DNA of 47,156 bases from Desulfobacterales bacterium (GCA_032126655.1 JAQBAU010000059.1:1-47156), one strand, 5' to 3'; shown: positions 9,147 to 19,378, counted from the stretch's first letter. The notes: generated by a model from the letters alone, not told the origin. Made by a program: numbers and translations.

Positions 9147-9399
9147 AGAAGCCATTTCAAAGCCTCAGATCGCGGCCGAGGGCAAGGCGAGGGGCGATGA
9201 AAAAGCGCAGCATACACGGGTATGGTATGTGAGCATTTTGCATTAACCGCCAGACCGCCATTGGCGGGATGGCCCTAAGTACAGAGCGAAGCGAGTACTT
9301 AGGGACGCCGTAAGGCGGTTGCGTTTATGTTTTGCGAAGCAAAACAACAGGCCCTCAACACAGCCATCGGGCGTTAGATGGGGTTTTGAAATGGCTTCT
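9147..9399. mobile_element. MITE-like element, copy B, with about 100 bp nested hairpin insert
   Basis: Perfect 15-bp TIR AGAAGCCATTTCAAA / TTTGAAATGGCTTCT. Both ends align closely with 19232-19378. Confidence 0.75.
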
Positions 9400-9427
9400 G
9401 AAGTCAAACGCGATAGCTGACCCACTG

Positions 9428-9844
9428 GTGATAAGAAAGATCGTCAATAAGTTACTCGGCAAGGAAGAAGTATCCTCTTCTGATGAGCGACATCAGCTCG
9501 GTGAAAGCGGGGAATCCCTTGCTGTGAAGCTGTTGAAAAAAGATGGATACAAGATTATCGAGCAAAACTATCGCTGCAAATTAGGAGAGATCGATATCAT
9601 CGCTAAGGATGGCGATGTTCTTACGTTTGTTGAGGTAAAGGCTCGACGAACGGACGAGTTTGAAGGGCCAAAGTCGGCTGTGACACCCCAAAAGCAGCGT
9701 AGGATATCGATGGTGGCCCTCCATTACCTAAAAGAGACTGAGCAGATGGAGCAGAAGGCCCGCTTTGATGTGGTGGCCATCCTTTTGCTCCCAGAACATC
9801 CTGACGCCCAGATCATCAAGAATGCCTTCGATCTTGCCTACTGA
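9428..9844 (+). CDS. yraN: YraN family (UPF0102) PD-(D/E)xK protein
   Basis: G..GE, NYRCKLGEIDIIA, FVEVK, RFDVV. The first start outside the MITE is GTG 9428 (uncertain). Confidence 0.9.
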   Translation: MIRKIVNKLLGKEEVSSSDERHQLGESGESLAVKLLKKDGYKIIEQNYRCKLGEIDIIAKDGDVLTFVEVKARRTDEFEGPKSAVTPQKQRRISMVALHYLKETEQMEQKARFDVVAILLLPEHPDAQIIKNAFDLAY

Positions 9845-10703
9845 CACCAACATACCGAAAGATTCCACTGCTTCCGGGACGCTTTTTGTCTTAGCCACGC
9901 CCATTGGTCACATGGAAGACGTCACTCTGCGGGCTATCCGCACCCTAAAGGAAGTGGCGCTGATCGCGGCGGAGGATACTAGACACACGCGAAAGCTGCT
10001 TGCGCGCTACGACATTGGTACGCGGCTTACCTCGTACCATGACCACAACAAGGAGAAGAGAACGCCGGGGCTTGTTAAAAAACTGAAGTCGGGGGATTCC
10101 ATTGCCCTTGTGTCAGACGCCGGCACCCCCTCGATATCAGATCCGGGCTACTACCTTGTCCGAGCAGCCATCCAGGCAGCAATTCCGGTCGTTCCAATTC
10201 CTGGCGCTTCTGCCCTGGTTGCTGCATTGAGCGTTTCAGGGCTTCCCACAGACAGTTTTGTCTTTGTTGGTTTTCCCCCACGAAAACCCGCCAAGCGCAA
10301 GCAGCTTCTTGAGGGGCTGAAAGAAGAACCGCGCACCCTCGTCTTCTATGAGTCTCCCAAGCGGCTCTTAGGATTCATGAGGGAAATGACACAAGTGATG
10401 GGAGACCGAAGCGCGGTGGTGGCACGGGAGTTGACCAAGATCCACGAGGAGATTATCAGGGGACTCTTGAGCTACATAGCGGAAGTATTAGAAACTCGTT
10501 CCTCCCTTAAGGGCGAATATACTCTACTTGTGGGAGGCTACGAAGTTAGGGGAGAAGTCGACCGCGATTTGCTCCTGAAGGATCTCAAACGAAAGTACCT
10601 TGAGACAGACCGCCCTCTGTCAGATGTGGCAAGAGAGCTGGCCAGGAAGTACGGCCTTTCGAGGAAGATTGTCTATGAAGAGGGGCTTAAGTTAAAAAAA
10701 TAG
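9822..10703 (+). CDS. rsmI: 16S rRNA C1402 2'-O-methyltransferase RsmI
   Basis: ATPIG, AEDTR, VSDAGTPSISDPG, FYESP, RELTKIHEE. Confidence 0.96.
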   Translation: MPSILPTDTNIPKDSTASGTLFVLATPIGHMEDVTLRAIRTLKEVALIAAEDTRHTRKLLARYDIGTRLTSYHDHNKEKRTPGLVKKLKSGDSIALVSDAGTPSISDPGYYLVRAAIQAAIPVVPIPGASALVAALSVSGLPTDSFVFVGFPPRKPAKRKQLLEGLKEEPRTLVFYESPKRLLGFMREMTQVMGDRSAVVARELTKIHEEIIRGLLSYIAEVLETRSSLKGEYTLLVGGYEVRGEVDRDLLLKDLKRKYLETDRPLSDVARELARKYGLSRKIVYEEGLKLKK

Positions 10704-10943
10704 CAGCGCATAGTCCCAGTGTCACGCCTCCGGAATTGTCTACCAAAGTCAAAGTAAACGTCATTCATCAAACTAAGAAATCCCAAATTCCTACTGTTCT
10801 CAAGGCGACAGCCGCTATATCCAATGACCCAAACAGACTTAAGGGCCGTGGTGCCGGAGGAGACAGGTTTGGGATTTGGTGCTTTCAGGTTTGGGGTACT
10901 GAGTGCTTTTGGAAGTTATGCAAGCTGTTCATGAGACGCAAAA

Positions 10944-11915
10944 CTAAGGTCTTCCAGTCTGAATCTCCTCCAGGGTTTTCCGATAAACGTCCACCAATGG
11001 TCCCCCCAATTCCACCGCTCTGCGAGCGGCTTGGAGTGCATCTTCCTGTTTCCCATGCTCCCACAGAACCTGAGCCAGGTTGTTGAATGCCGATCCATTG
11101 GTTGGAAATCGACGGGTCGCTTCGCTGAAAGCGGCCTCTGCGGACGCTCCGTCACCAAACGCGTAATAGCTGTTGCCTAAGCCCATACGGGCACCCAGAT
11201 TGTTCGGCCAACGAGTCAACGCAGTATGATAACCGTCCATAGCAGCTTCCCATTGAGACGCCTTTTCAAGGCCCAGGACGGCTGATACGTATGTACGTTC
11301 TGTGGCCGTAGCGGGCATCCTGGTGGGCGGCAGCACCAGCAGGCCCCAGTAGTCACTTCTGGCCCAAGTCCTGTGAAACGCCTTGAGGGAGAGACGCTTG
11401 CTGGAGTCGGGCCCTGAGTGCAGTATCACCGTGCTTTCATCCAGGTCGTATCCCACAACCACTGCATAATGCCAGACGGGGTACCAGGAGAATCCCAGAT
11501 TTTGCAGGACGATGACGGGGTGCCCAGCGCCCAGTTCTGCAAGCATGGCATCTGGTCCGGAGATTGGATAAGCGACCCGGCTGTGTCGCCTGGTTGCAGC
11601 AATCATTGCCGACTGGAGACTGCCTTTGCGTGAGGGCGTGTATACTTCAGGGGCGAGTGTGTCGGGGCCCACCGAGATGCCACTCCACTGGAGCGTCATG
11701 GCAAGCGCTGCGGGCCCGCATTGGAAGTCTTCTTGAGGATAGAACGGTACCGAATGGAGTTCACTGGTGGTTGGTTGATATTCACCTGGCTGCGGCCACT
11801 GCCGGTGCCATGTGCTGCCGCAGCCCGCGAGGATCAGATTGACAACCAGTAGGACGATGAGGGGGCCACGTCTATTTTGCAAAACGGTTGATGACCAGGC
11901 CATGAGACTTTCCAA
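10944..11915 (-). CDS. PA2778-family C39-like cysteine peptidase lipoprotein with TPRs
   Basis: VPFYPQEDFQCGPAALA, WHYAVVVGYD, lipobox LAGC, and C-terminal TPR-like helices. Start uncertain. Confidence 0.85.
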   Translation of the reverse strand: MESLMAWSSTVLQNRRGPLIVLLVVNLILAGCGSTWHRQWPQPGEYQPTTSELHSVPFYPQEDFQCGPAALAMTLQWSGISVGPDTLAPEVYTPSRKGSLQSAMIAATRRHSRVAYPISGPDAMLAELGAGHPVIVLQNLGFSWYPVWHYAVVVGYDLDESTVILHSGPDSSKRLSLKAFHRTWARSDYWGLLVLPPTRMPATATERTYVSAVLGLEKASQWEAAMDGYHTALTRWPNNLGARMGLGNSYYAFGDGASAEAAFSEATRRFPTNGSAFNNLAQVLWEHGKQEDALQAARRAVELGGPLVDVYRKTLEEIQTGRP

Positions 11916-12450
11916 ATTCGGCGACCTTCCCAGGGTCGAACCCTCCGGACAGATAAAGCTTCTTGAAACCAGGCATGTCCAGGAGGTGCAGGATGAAGCT
12001 CAGGTGCCCCGAGTACCCCGTGTCATCCAGCCGCTGCATCTCTCTTACTGTCTTGTTCTCAAAGCCCCTGGCCTGACGATGAACCGTGGGGCCTCGCCTC
12101 TTACACTCACTTATGGAATAAAGCTGGCGACAGCTAAATGGGCGGACATCGTAGATCAGACAGGTATCATCTTCCTTGAGAAAGGAGCAAGGTGCGATCT
12201 TCTTCCTTTCTTTTTCTTGCCTGTTCTGCGTGACCTTCTTCCTCACCGTACGCCTGAGACGTTCGGGAAACTTTTTGACTCGCTCCTGGATGATGACCCA
12301 TTCGAGCGTGGTCGTGTCCACGTCACCCACATCAGTGCAGCAAAACGTGCACCCGATCTTGCATATGGCATCTTTCTTGAACTCAAACGCATCTTGCTCA
12401 AAGCGCTCATATATGAGCTTCAGCGGTTCTTTTTTCTCTCGAAACGTCAT
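11872..12450 (-). CDS. YkgJ-family Cys-cluster (Zn/Fe-S) protein
   Basis: CKIGCTFCC...CSFL...CLIYDVRPFSCR. Confidence 0.85.
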   Translation of the reverse strand: MTFREKKEPLKLIYERFEQDAFEFKKDAICKIGCTFCCTDVGDVDTTTLEWVIIQERVKKFPERLRRTVRKKVTQNRQEKERKKIAPCSFLKEDDTCLIYDVRPFSCRQLYSISECKRRGPTVHRQARGFENKTVREMQRLDDTGYSGHLSFILHLLDMPGFKKLYLSGGFDPGKVAEFGKSHGLVINRFAK

Positions 12451-12527
12451 TGACGAGGCAAGTAGTTAGAAGAGGCGTGATAGTCCTTTTCTTCTCTTTT
12501 TCTTTAACTCTTCAGTCCTTGTAGCGC

Positions 12528-14324
12528 TTAGCTGTCATCACGCTTGAGCACGGCAAGGAAGGCGGACTGCGGCACTTCCACCGAGCCGACCATCTTCATG
12601 CGTTTCTTTCCCTTCTTTTGTTTTTCAAGAAGCTTGCGTTTTCGAGTGACATCCCCGCCGTATAGCTTTGCGGTTACGTCCTTTCGAAAAGGCGATAAGG
12701 TTTCCCGCGCAAGGATCTTTGCGCCAATAGCCCCCTGGATGATGACCCGAAACTGCTGCCTTGGAATTTCATCCTTGAGTTTTTCGCAGGTATGTCTTGC
12801 CTGCTGGGGGGCCCGGTCTCGATGAACCAGTTGACACAGCGCGTCCACCTTCTCTCCGTTTATCAGGATGTCCAGCCTGACAAGATCACTCTCCCGATAA
12901 TCAAGCACTTCGTAGTCAAAAGAGCCGTATCCCTGGGTGACTGATTTTAGTCTGTCATGAAAATCATATACCACCTCGGCCAACGGAAGCTCACAGGTCA
13001 ACTCAAGTCGACTCCCCTCCAGGTAGCGGTGTTTGGTATTTACTCCTCGTCGCTGCAAACAGAGTTTCATTGCTGCGCCTAGGTATCGATCCGGCATCAT
13101 CAAGGAAGCCTTGATATAGAGTTCCTGGGTACCTGCAATTTTCGTGGGGTCAGGATAGAGGGCAGGGTTGTCTATGATGATTGTCGTGCCGCCCTTCATA
13201 AAGAACCTGTATTTTACGGACGGTGCGGTAATGATGAGAGAGAGGTCAAATTCACGCTCGAGACGCTCCTGGATGACTTCAAGGTGAAGCAATCCCAGGA
13301 ATCCACACCGGAAGCCGGAACCCAGAGCCGCAGAAGCGTCTCGTTCATAGACGAGTGACGCATCATTAAGCTTGAGCTTCTCCAGAGCTACTGACAGGTC
13401 TTCAAAACCGTCAGTAGCAGTTGGATAGAGCGAAGAAAAGACCACTGGTTTGACTTCCCGAAATCCGGGCAGCGGCGACGCGCAAGGGCGGTCATTGTGC
13501 GTGACGGTGTCTCCACACCGCGTATCACTTACCGTCTTCACTCCGGCAATAATGTAGCCGACCTCACCTGCCGGAAGTGAATCTTTTGGAATCCTTTTAA
13601 GCCTAAGGACTCCGACCTCTTCCACGCGATGGATTGCGTTGTTGGACATGAAACGTATGGTATCCTGGGGCCGTATCGTCCCTTCAAAGACCCTGCAGTA
13701 AATCACGGTGCCACGGTATATGTCATACTCAGAGTCAAATATGAGGGCCTGAAGAGGCTCGTCAGGGGCCCCTTGAGGGGCCGGGAGTCGTGTGACAATT
13801 CCTTCCAGGACTTCCTCTATCCCAACGCCCTCTTTGGCCGAGGTCAGGATTGCCGTTTCAGGGTCAAGACCCAATTCCTCTTCAATCTGCTGTTTGACCC
13901 AATCTATGTCAGCAGCCGGCAGATCGATCTTGTTAATGACCGGAATGACCTCAAGATTGTGGTCCATGGCCAGATATAGGTTTGCTACGGTTTGCGCCTC
14001 CACCCCCTGACTGGCATCAACGAGGAGGAGCACCCCTTCACAGGCAGCTAATGACCTGGAGACCTCGTACGTGAAATCGACGTGTCCCGGGGTGTCAATC
14101 AGGTTCAAAATATAGGTGCCACCATCTTTGGCGGTATATGGAAGCGACACCGCCTGGCTCTTGATCGTAATGCCCCGCTCTCTCTCTATATCCATGGAGT
14201 CCAGGATCTGCTCTTTGAAATCGCGCAGGGAAACCACACCGGTTGACTGGATGAGTCGATCAGAAAGGGTAGACTTGCCGTGGTTGATGTGGGCAATGAT
14301 GCTGAAGTTGCGAATATGTTTCAC
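12528..14324 (-). CDS. lepA: Elongation factor 4 (LepA), with variant P-loop
   Basis: [58 protein letters not shown]. Confidence 0.96.
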   Translation of the reverse strand: MKHIRNFSIIAHINHGKSTLSDRLIQSTGVVSLRDFKEQILDSMDIERERGITIKSQAVSLPYTAKDGGTYILNLIDTPGHVDFTYEVSRSLAACEGVLLLVDASQGVEAQTVANLYLAMDHNLEVIPVINKIDLPAADIDWVKQQIEEELGLDPETAILTSAKEGVGIEEVLEGIVTRLPAPQGAPDEPLQALIFDSEYDIYRGTVIYCRVFEGTIRPQDTIRFMSNNAIHRVEEVGVLRLKRIPKDSLPAGEVGYIIAGVKTVSDTRCGDTVTHNDRPCASPLPGFREVKPVVFSSLYPTATDGFEDLSVALEKLKLNDASLVYERDASAALGSGFRCGFLGLLHLEVIQERLEREFDLSLIITAPSVKYRFFMKGGTTIIIDNPALYPDPTKIAGTQELYIKASLMMPDRYLGAAMKLCLQRRGVNTKHRYLEGSRLELTCELPLAEVVYDFHDRLKSVTQGYGSFDYEVLDYRESDLVRLDILINGEKVDALCQLVHRDRAPQQARHTCEKLKDEIPRQQFRVIIQGAIGAKILARETLSPFRKDVTAKLYGGDVTRKRKLLEKQKKGKKRMKMVGSVEVPQSAFLAVLKRDDS

Positions 14325-14376
14325 AGTGCCTCATGATCCGTCGTAGCTCATATGCGAAATAAGGAATATCGCTTTT

Positions 14377-14973
14377 CTATTCCCCTGTGGTGTTGCTGAA
14401 GCCCAGGTCAAATGCCTTCAAGTTAATTTCCACAAAAGCTTTCTTTGTCTTTGTTCTTATCGTTTCTTCAAAGGCTTTCCTTGAAATCGGTAGCACGTTA
14501 CTTCCGGCCAAGGCGCCGAGGATAACTTTGTTGGCTGACAGCAGGGCGCCGGCTTGTTTTGCCAGAGTTTGGGCATCTACCGTGAATAGCTTCTTCACCC
14601 GGCTTCGAATGAAGTCAAACAACTTATTAACATTCGGATAAGCTGCTTTGCCGATAGCCACGCCGTAAGGCATGATAGGAACCGTATTTGATATTACCAC
14701 CGAATGTGCCGAACACTTCCGCATCGCCCGATAGGTCTCCACCGGTTCAAATCCGAGAAGGATATCAGCCTCGCCGTCAGAAATGATCGGGCTTTTCACA
14801 TCACCGATCATGACCGTCGATTCGACGACGCCACCCCGCTGAGCCATGCCATGAATCTCACTGGTAATCGCATGATAACCTGCCAAGATGGCCGCCTCCG
14901 CCAGGACACTTGTAGCCAGAAGTGTGCCCTGTCCCCCAACACCTGTAAAGTATACCCGATAGCTATCCATCAT
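14377..14973 (-). CDS. iorB: Indolepyruvate:ferredoxin oxidoreductase beta subunit
   Basis: GVGGQG, SEIHGMAQRGG, N..AF..G; coupled to iorA. Confidence 0.92.
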   Translation of the reverse strand: MMDSYRVYFTGVGGQGTLLATSVLAEAAILAGYHAITSEIHGMAQRGGVVESTVMIGDVKSPIISDGEADILLGFEPVETYRAMRKCSAHSVVISNTVPIMPYGVAIGKAAYPNVNKLFDFIRSRVKKLFTVDAQTLAKQAGALLSANKVILGALAGSNVLPISRKAFEETIRTKTKKAFVEINLKAFDLGFSNTTGE

Positions 14974-16865
14974 TGGACCCCTTGCTCTTTAATCTTCTTC
15001 GGCCTGATCTTTTTGCATATCTGTATGCAGACCCCGCAACCAATACACAGGTTGTCGTTAATTATCATGGTTGTTTCTGCATTTGGAGCCGGGTTTCTAT
15101 AAAGGGCCGGGCATCCAAAGGTATCAACACACTCGGTGCAGTCTGTATTGCATTCCGGGCCTACTACAAAGCCCCGCGTTTTCTTCGTGCCCAGCATCCT
15201 GCGTTCATACAGAGGACAAGGAGCCCTGGCTATAATTACGGATAACTCGTTTGATTCCAGGGCTTCCCTCACGGCCGCTTTGGTTTTGGCTTGATTTATC
15301 GGATTGACCACGGCGACCCGTTCCACACCGCAGGCGCTTGCGATCGCCTCAATGGAAACAGATGGTTTGTCCCATCCGGGGGGTTTAATATCTATGCCGG
15401 GATGAGGCTGGTGGCCGGTCATAGCTGTCGTGCCATTGTCGAGTACCACCAATATGAATTTATGTTGGTTGTGAACTGCATTGATCAGGCCTGTTATACC
15501 GGAATGAAAGAAAGTGGAGTCACCTATGAAGGCAATCACGGGCTGGTCTGTTGCCCTGGCGATGCCACCTGCCGAACTCACGCTGGAACCCATACATATG
15601 AGAAAATCGGCAGCCTTAAGCGGCGGCAGAAGCCCCAGGGTGTAACAGCCGATGTCGCTGGGGAACACGGCCTCCGTCCCGGTTTCTGCCAGCACACTGT
15701 TTACTGCATAATAGGTTGCCCTGTGGGGACAGCCGGCGCACAGGTTTGGCGGTCGGAATGGAAGTTCCACCGGCTCGGGATCTTCTTGGACGTCAATCGG
15801 TTTTGGAGGGTCGTAGTCGAGTTCCAGGAAATCCGCGATGACCTTACGTACCATTCCCGGATCATATTCGTAGAGCCGTGAGAAAAGTTCCGGTCCTTTT
15901 CCAGAAATGGGTACGGAAAGACCGTTGGTATGGGCCGTGACCTTAAGGTCGTTCTCCAAAATAGGCTCCAGTTCTTCAACAACCAGGATCTTGTCAACAG
16001 ACCTGATGAACTCCGCCGCCAATTCCTCTGGAAAAGGGTGTGTAAAACCAAGCCTCAGCAGTCTAACACGGTCCTGGACACCAAGGTCGTCAAGAGCGTC
16101 AGCCACATAGTTATTAACGATGCCACTTGCTGCAATACCTGTTTTCCCTGTGCCGATGATGGCATTGAATGGAGATAGGCAAGCCATTCCTCTCGCCTTT
16201 TCAGCCTGGGCAAGCAAGACCTTGTGGCGAATCCGCGCGATGGCCGGCACGGGCACAAACCGGGTGCTCTCTTTTTCAAAGACCCCCTTTTCCTTAGGAT
16301 GCTTCAGGGGGCCTATCGTCACAGCGCCCCGGCAGTGGCTTAGGCGTGTGGTTGTCCTGAGCAACACCGGGAGCTCCAGGGCTTCTGAAATCTCAAAAGC
16401 TGCTTCAGTCATCTCTTTGGCCTCTTGGGCTGACGCCGGCTCCAGCAGGGGAAGGCCCGACAGTCTTGCATAGATCCGGTTGTCCTGTTCGTTCTGACTG
16501 GAGAACATAGACGGATCATCCGCTGTGATAATCACCATGCCGGCGCGAACGCCCACATAAGCAAGCGTCATCAGGGGATCAGCGGCAACGTTTAGGCCCA
16601 CGTGTTTCATACTGCAGATGGCCCGAACGCCAGACACAGCAGCACCGGCAGCCGTCTCCAGGGCGACCTTCTCATTGGTGGAGTACTCAAAGTAAAGCCC
16701 TGATTCGCCGGCTATCCGAAAAAAGTTGTCTCCTATTTCAGATGATGGGGTGCCAGGATAGGTGGTGGCAAATGCCACGCCAGCCTCCAGGGCGCCCCTG
16801 ACGATCGCTTCATTGCCCAGCAGTAGAAGTGTTTTGCCTGCCTCTTCGGTTAACAGGGGATGCAT
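14970..16865 (-). CDS. iorA: Indolepyruvate:ferredoxin oxidoreductase alpha subunit
   Basis: GNEA, YPGTPSSEI, KHVGLNVAAD, SSQNEQD, CAGCPH, GDSTFFHSG, and C-terminal ferredoxin Cys. ATG 16865 follows GGAGG. Confidence 0.94.
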   Translation of the reverse strand: MHPLLTEEAGKTLLLLGNEAIVRGALEAGVAFATTYPGTPSSEIGDNFFRIAGESGLYFEYSTNEKVALETAAGAAVSGVRAICSMKHVGLNVAADPLMTLAYVGVRAGMVIITADDPSMFSSQNEQDNRIYARLSGLPLLEPASAQEAKEMTEAAFEISEALELPVLLRTTTRLSHCRGAVTIGPLKHPKEKGVFEKESTRFVPVPAIARIRHKVLLAQAEKARGMACLSPFNAIIGTGKTGIAASGIVNNYVADALDDLGVQDRVRLLRLGFTHPFPEELAAEFIRSVDKILVVEELEPILENDLKVTAHTNGLSVPISGKGPELFSRLYEYDPGMVRKVIADFLELDYDPPKPIDVQEDPEPVELPFRPPNLCAGCPHRATYYAVNSVLAETGTEAVFPSDIGCYTLGLLPPLKAADFLICMGSSVSSAGGIARATDQPVIAFIGDSTFFHSGITGLINAVHNQHKFILVVLDNGTTAMTGHQPHPGIDIKPPGWDKPSVSIEAIASACGVERVAVVNPINQAKTKAAVREALESNELSVIIARAPCPLYERRMLGTKKTRGFVVGPECNTDCTECVDTFGCPALYRNPAPNAETTMIINDNLCIGCGVCIQICKKIRPKKIKEQGVQ

Positions 16866-16998
16866 GGTAATCCTCCATGGTCGCTGCTGTAATGTGTTCA
16901 AAGCATTAGTTTACAAAACACCCCATGTCAATCTTGATTTGTGGGAACGGCTGAGATCAGAATAAAGGGCAGACGTCGTGCGACGTGGAAAATACTTG

Positions 16999-17027
16999 TT
17001 GACAGCCGTCACCGCGGAGGGTATTAG
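16999..17027 (+). promoter_or_regulatory. Putative sigma70 promoter of the Phe leader/aroF-pheA
   Basis: TTGACA-N17-TATTAG. Confidence 0.55.
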
Positions 17028-17058
17028 GTAGCTACAATACGATTAGGAATATCTGACA

Positions 17059-17142
17059 ATGACAAGGGACCTAGGCAATCGAGTCAAGTTTGTTTTTGGG
17101 CGCTTCTCTTTTAGCTTTAGAAGCGTCCACCCGGCTGTCTAA
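17059..17142 (+). CDS. pheL: Phe-rich attenuator leader peptide, 27 aa: MTRDLGNRVKFVFGRFSFSFRSVHPAV
   Basis: AGGA SD; 5 Phe codons within a 10-codon stretch; followed by alternative hairpins and a terminator upstream of a Phe-pathway gene. Not in the ORF track. Confidence 0.85.
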   Translation: MTRDLGNRVKFVFGRFSFSFRSVHPAV

Positions 17143-17209
17143 CCTTCATGGTTAAACGCTCCGGGTGGACCAAGGCGGTCTGCTCGGGGTTGTAAGACTA
17201 AATGGTCGT

Positions 17210-17242
17210 AAGCCCCGAGAAGAAAATCTCGGGGCTTTTTTT
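17210..17242 (+). terminator. Attenuator terminator of the Phe leader
   Basis: AAGCCCCGAGA-AGAAAA-TCTCGGGGCTT plus a T run, 21 nt before the start codon. Confidence 0.88.
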
Positions 17243-17263
17243 ATTAAGAAAGGAGGACTGCTC

Positions 17264-19141
17264 ATGATTCTCGTCCTACAAGAAGGGATCACACAGGAAG
17301 AGAAGGATCGCATTCGAACCACGCTTCGAGGTGAAGGGTATATTATACGCGAGATGGTGGACAGTGGCCGATCTCTTATAGGCGCCATCGGAGAGGTTAC
17401 GCAGAATCTGGATTTCTTTGAGGGACTTCCTGGTGTGGAAAAGGTCATACCCATTAACAGCCCCTTTAAGCTGGCCAGCCGGAGGATGCACCCGGAAGAC
17501 ACAACAATTCACATTGGAGATGTTGTCATTGGAGGCGAGCGCATCGTGGTGATAGCGGGCCCCTGTGCCGTGGAAAGCCGGGAGCAGGCCCTTGCCACCG
17601 CCAGGAAGGTTAAGAAATATGGGGCTGTCCTGTTTCGCGGTGGTGCCTTCAAACCGAGGACATCACCCTATTCCTTCCAGGGTCTTGGCGAAGAGGGTTT
17701 AAGAATATTGGCTGACATCCGGGAGGAACTTGGTCTCGGCGTGGTCACAGAGATTACCTCACCGGCCCAGGCCGACATGATGATGAAATACGTGGACATG
17801 GTTCAGATCGGGGCAAGGAACATGCAAAACTTCGAACTCCTGAAGTGCGTAGGCCGCATGGGCAAGCCAGTGCTTCTGAAGAGGGGCCTTTCGGCGACCA
17901 TAGAGGAATGGCTCATGTCAGCAGAGTATATTCTCTCTGAAGGAAATGATCATGTGGCACTCTGCGAGCGGGGGATCCGTACGTTTGAACCGTATACGCG
18001 CAACACCCTGGATCTTTCCGCCATCCCGGTAATTAAGAACTTGACCCATCTGCCGGTAATCATTGACCCCAGCCACGCCACCGGCATCCGGGAGAAAGTA
18101 AGTCCGATGGCTCGGGCCGCCATCGCCGCAGGCGCGGACGGTTTGATGATTGAAGTGCATAACGACCCGGACAACGCTCTATCCGACGGACCGCAGAGCC
18201 TCTACCCTGAACAGTTCGGACGGCTGATGCGCGACATTTACGTCATTGCTCCGGTTGTGGGAAAACAGCTCGATTTTAGCTATCTGTACAAAGCAGAAGC
18301 TGTCAGACGCATGACCGCCGATAGGGGCGAGGGGGATCGACGCGCTGCATTCCTGGGAGAGTTGGGAACCTTTAGCCACAGAGCATGTACCCAGTATTTC
18401 GGGAGCGACGTGGCAGCAGTCCCCATGTCTTCCTTCAGACACATCTTTGAGGCAGTCAGAAGTGGGGAGGTCGACTTCGGTGTGGTCCCTTTGGAGAACT
18501 CGCTAACCGGCAGTATCCACGAGAATTACGACCTCCTCGTTGAATATGAGCTGAGAATAGTCGGAGAGATCACTCTTCGCATCATGCACCACTTGATCGG
18601 TCACCCAGGAGAAAGAACGGAAAGCATAGAGCGCGTGTTTTCCCATCCTCAGGTGTTCCAACAATGTCGGCAGTTTCTGGAGCAGCATCCAGAATGGGAA
18701 CTGGTTTCTGCCAAGGACACGGCAACGGCTGTCAAGCAAGTCAAAGAGGGAGGCTTGAAAACCGACGCGGCCATTGCCAGCAAGGCAGCAGTCGAAATCT
18801 ATGCGATGGAAGTCATCCAGGAAAGCATCGAGACCAATCCGAGGAATTTTACCAGGTTCGTTGTAATCTCCACGAGGCCATTGGAGAATGGCTCACGCCA
18901 GAAGTCTTCGCTAATCTATTCAACGGGCAACAAGCCCGGGGCGCTCTTCGAAACACTGAAGGCGTTTGCGGAGCACGGTATTAACCTGGTAAAGCTCGAG
19001 TCGCGTCCCATCCACGGAAAGCCCTGGGAGTACATGTTCTATGTTGATCTTGAGGCAGACATTGAATCCGCCTCCTGCAAACCCGTGCTGGACCAACTCG
19101 AGAAGAATACCGACTATCTAAGGGTTCTGGGAAGTTACTGA
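17264..19141 (+). CDS. aroF-pheA: Fused DAHP synthase (type I-beta) and prephenate dehydratase with ACT domain
   Basis: [29 protein letters not shown] and DPSH, then [22 protein letters not shown] and KLESRP. ATG 17264 follows AGGAGG. Confidence 0.93.
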   Translation: MILVLQEGITQEEKDRIRTTLRGEGYIIREMVDSGRSLIGAIGEVTQNLDFFEGLPGVEKVIPINSPFKLASRRMHPEDTTIHIGDVVIGGERIVVIAGPCAVESREQALATARKVKKYGAVLFRGGAFKPRTSPYSFQGLGEEGLRILADIREELGLGVVTEITSPAQADMMMKYVDMVQIGARNMQNFELLKCVGRMGKPVLLKRGLSATIEEWLMSAEYILSEGNDHVALCERGIRTFEPYTRNTLDLSAIPVIKNLTHLPVIIDPSHATGIREKVSPMARAAIAAGADGLMIEVHNDPDNALSDGPQSLYPEQFGRLMRDIYVIAPVVGKQLDFSYLYKAEAVRRMTADRGEGDRRAAFLGELGTFSHRACTQYFGSDVAAVPMSSFRHIFEAVRSGEVDFGVVPLENSLTGSIHENYDLLVEYELRIVGEITLRIMHHLIGHPGERTESIERVFSHPQVFQQCRQFLEQHPEWELVSAKDTATAVKQVKEGGLKTDAAIASKAAVEIYAMEVIQESIETNPRNFTRFVVISTRPLENGSRQKSSLIYSTGNKPGALFETLKAFAEHGINLVKLESRPIHGKPWEYMFYVDLEADIESASCKPVLDQLEKNTDYLRVLGSY

Positions 19142-19231
19142 AGGCACAACACACGAAGAAGTAGATAACAAGGGTTCAGTGCTCAGTTTTCTAACGGCGG
19201 ACTCTCCTCCTGTCGCTTCATGGATGTGGAC

Positions 19232-19378
19232 TATAAGCCATTTAAAAACCTCAGATCGCGTTCGAGGGCAAGGCGTAGGTCGGCGAAAAAGCGGAGCATA
19301 CATGGTAGTATGTGAGCAAGTTGAGCCGTTCTGCAACACAGCCATCGGGCGCTAGATGGGGTTTTCAAATGGCTTCTA
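19232..19378. mobile_element. MITE-like element, copy C
   Basis: Imperfect TIR TATAAGCCATTTAAAAACC / GGTTTTCAAATGGCTTCTA, collinear with copy B minus its insert. Confidence 0.75.

Noticed and set aside
9332-9427. N-terminal extension of YraN
   Set aside because: The TTG start lies inside MITE copy B, and the extension is largely translated repeat.
17165-17263. GTG start and 33-aa extension of aroF-pheA
   Set aside because: It runs through the attenuator hairpins; ATG 17264 has an AGGAGG SD.
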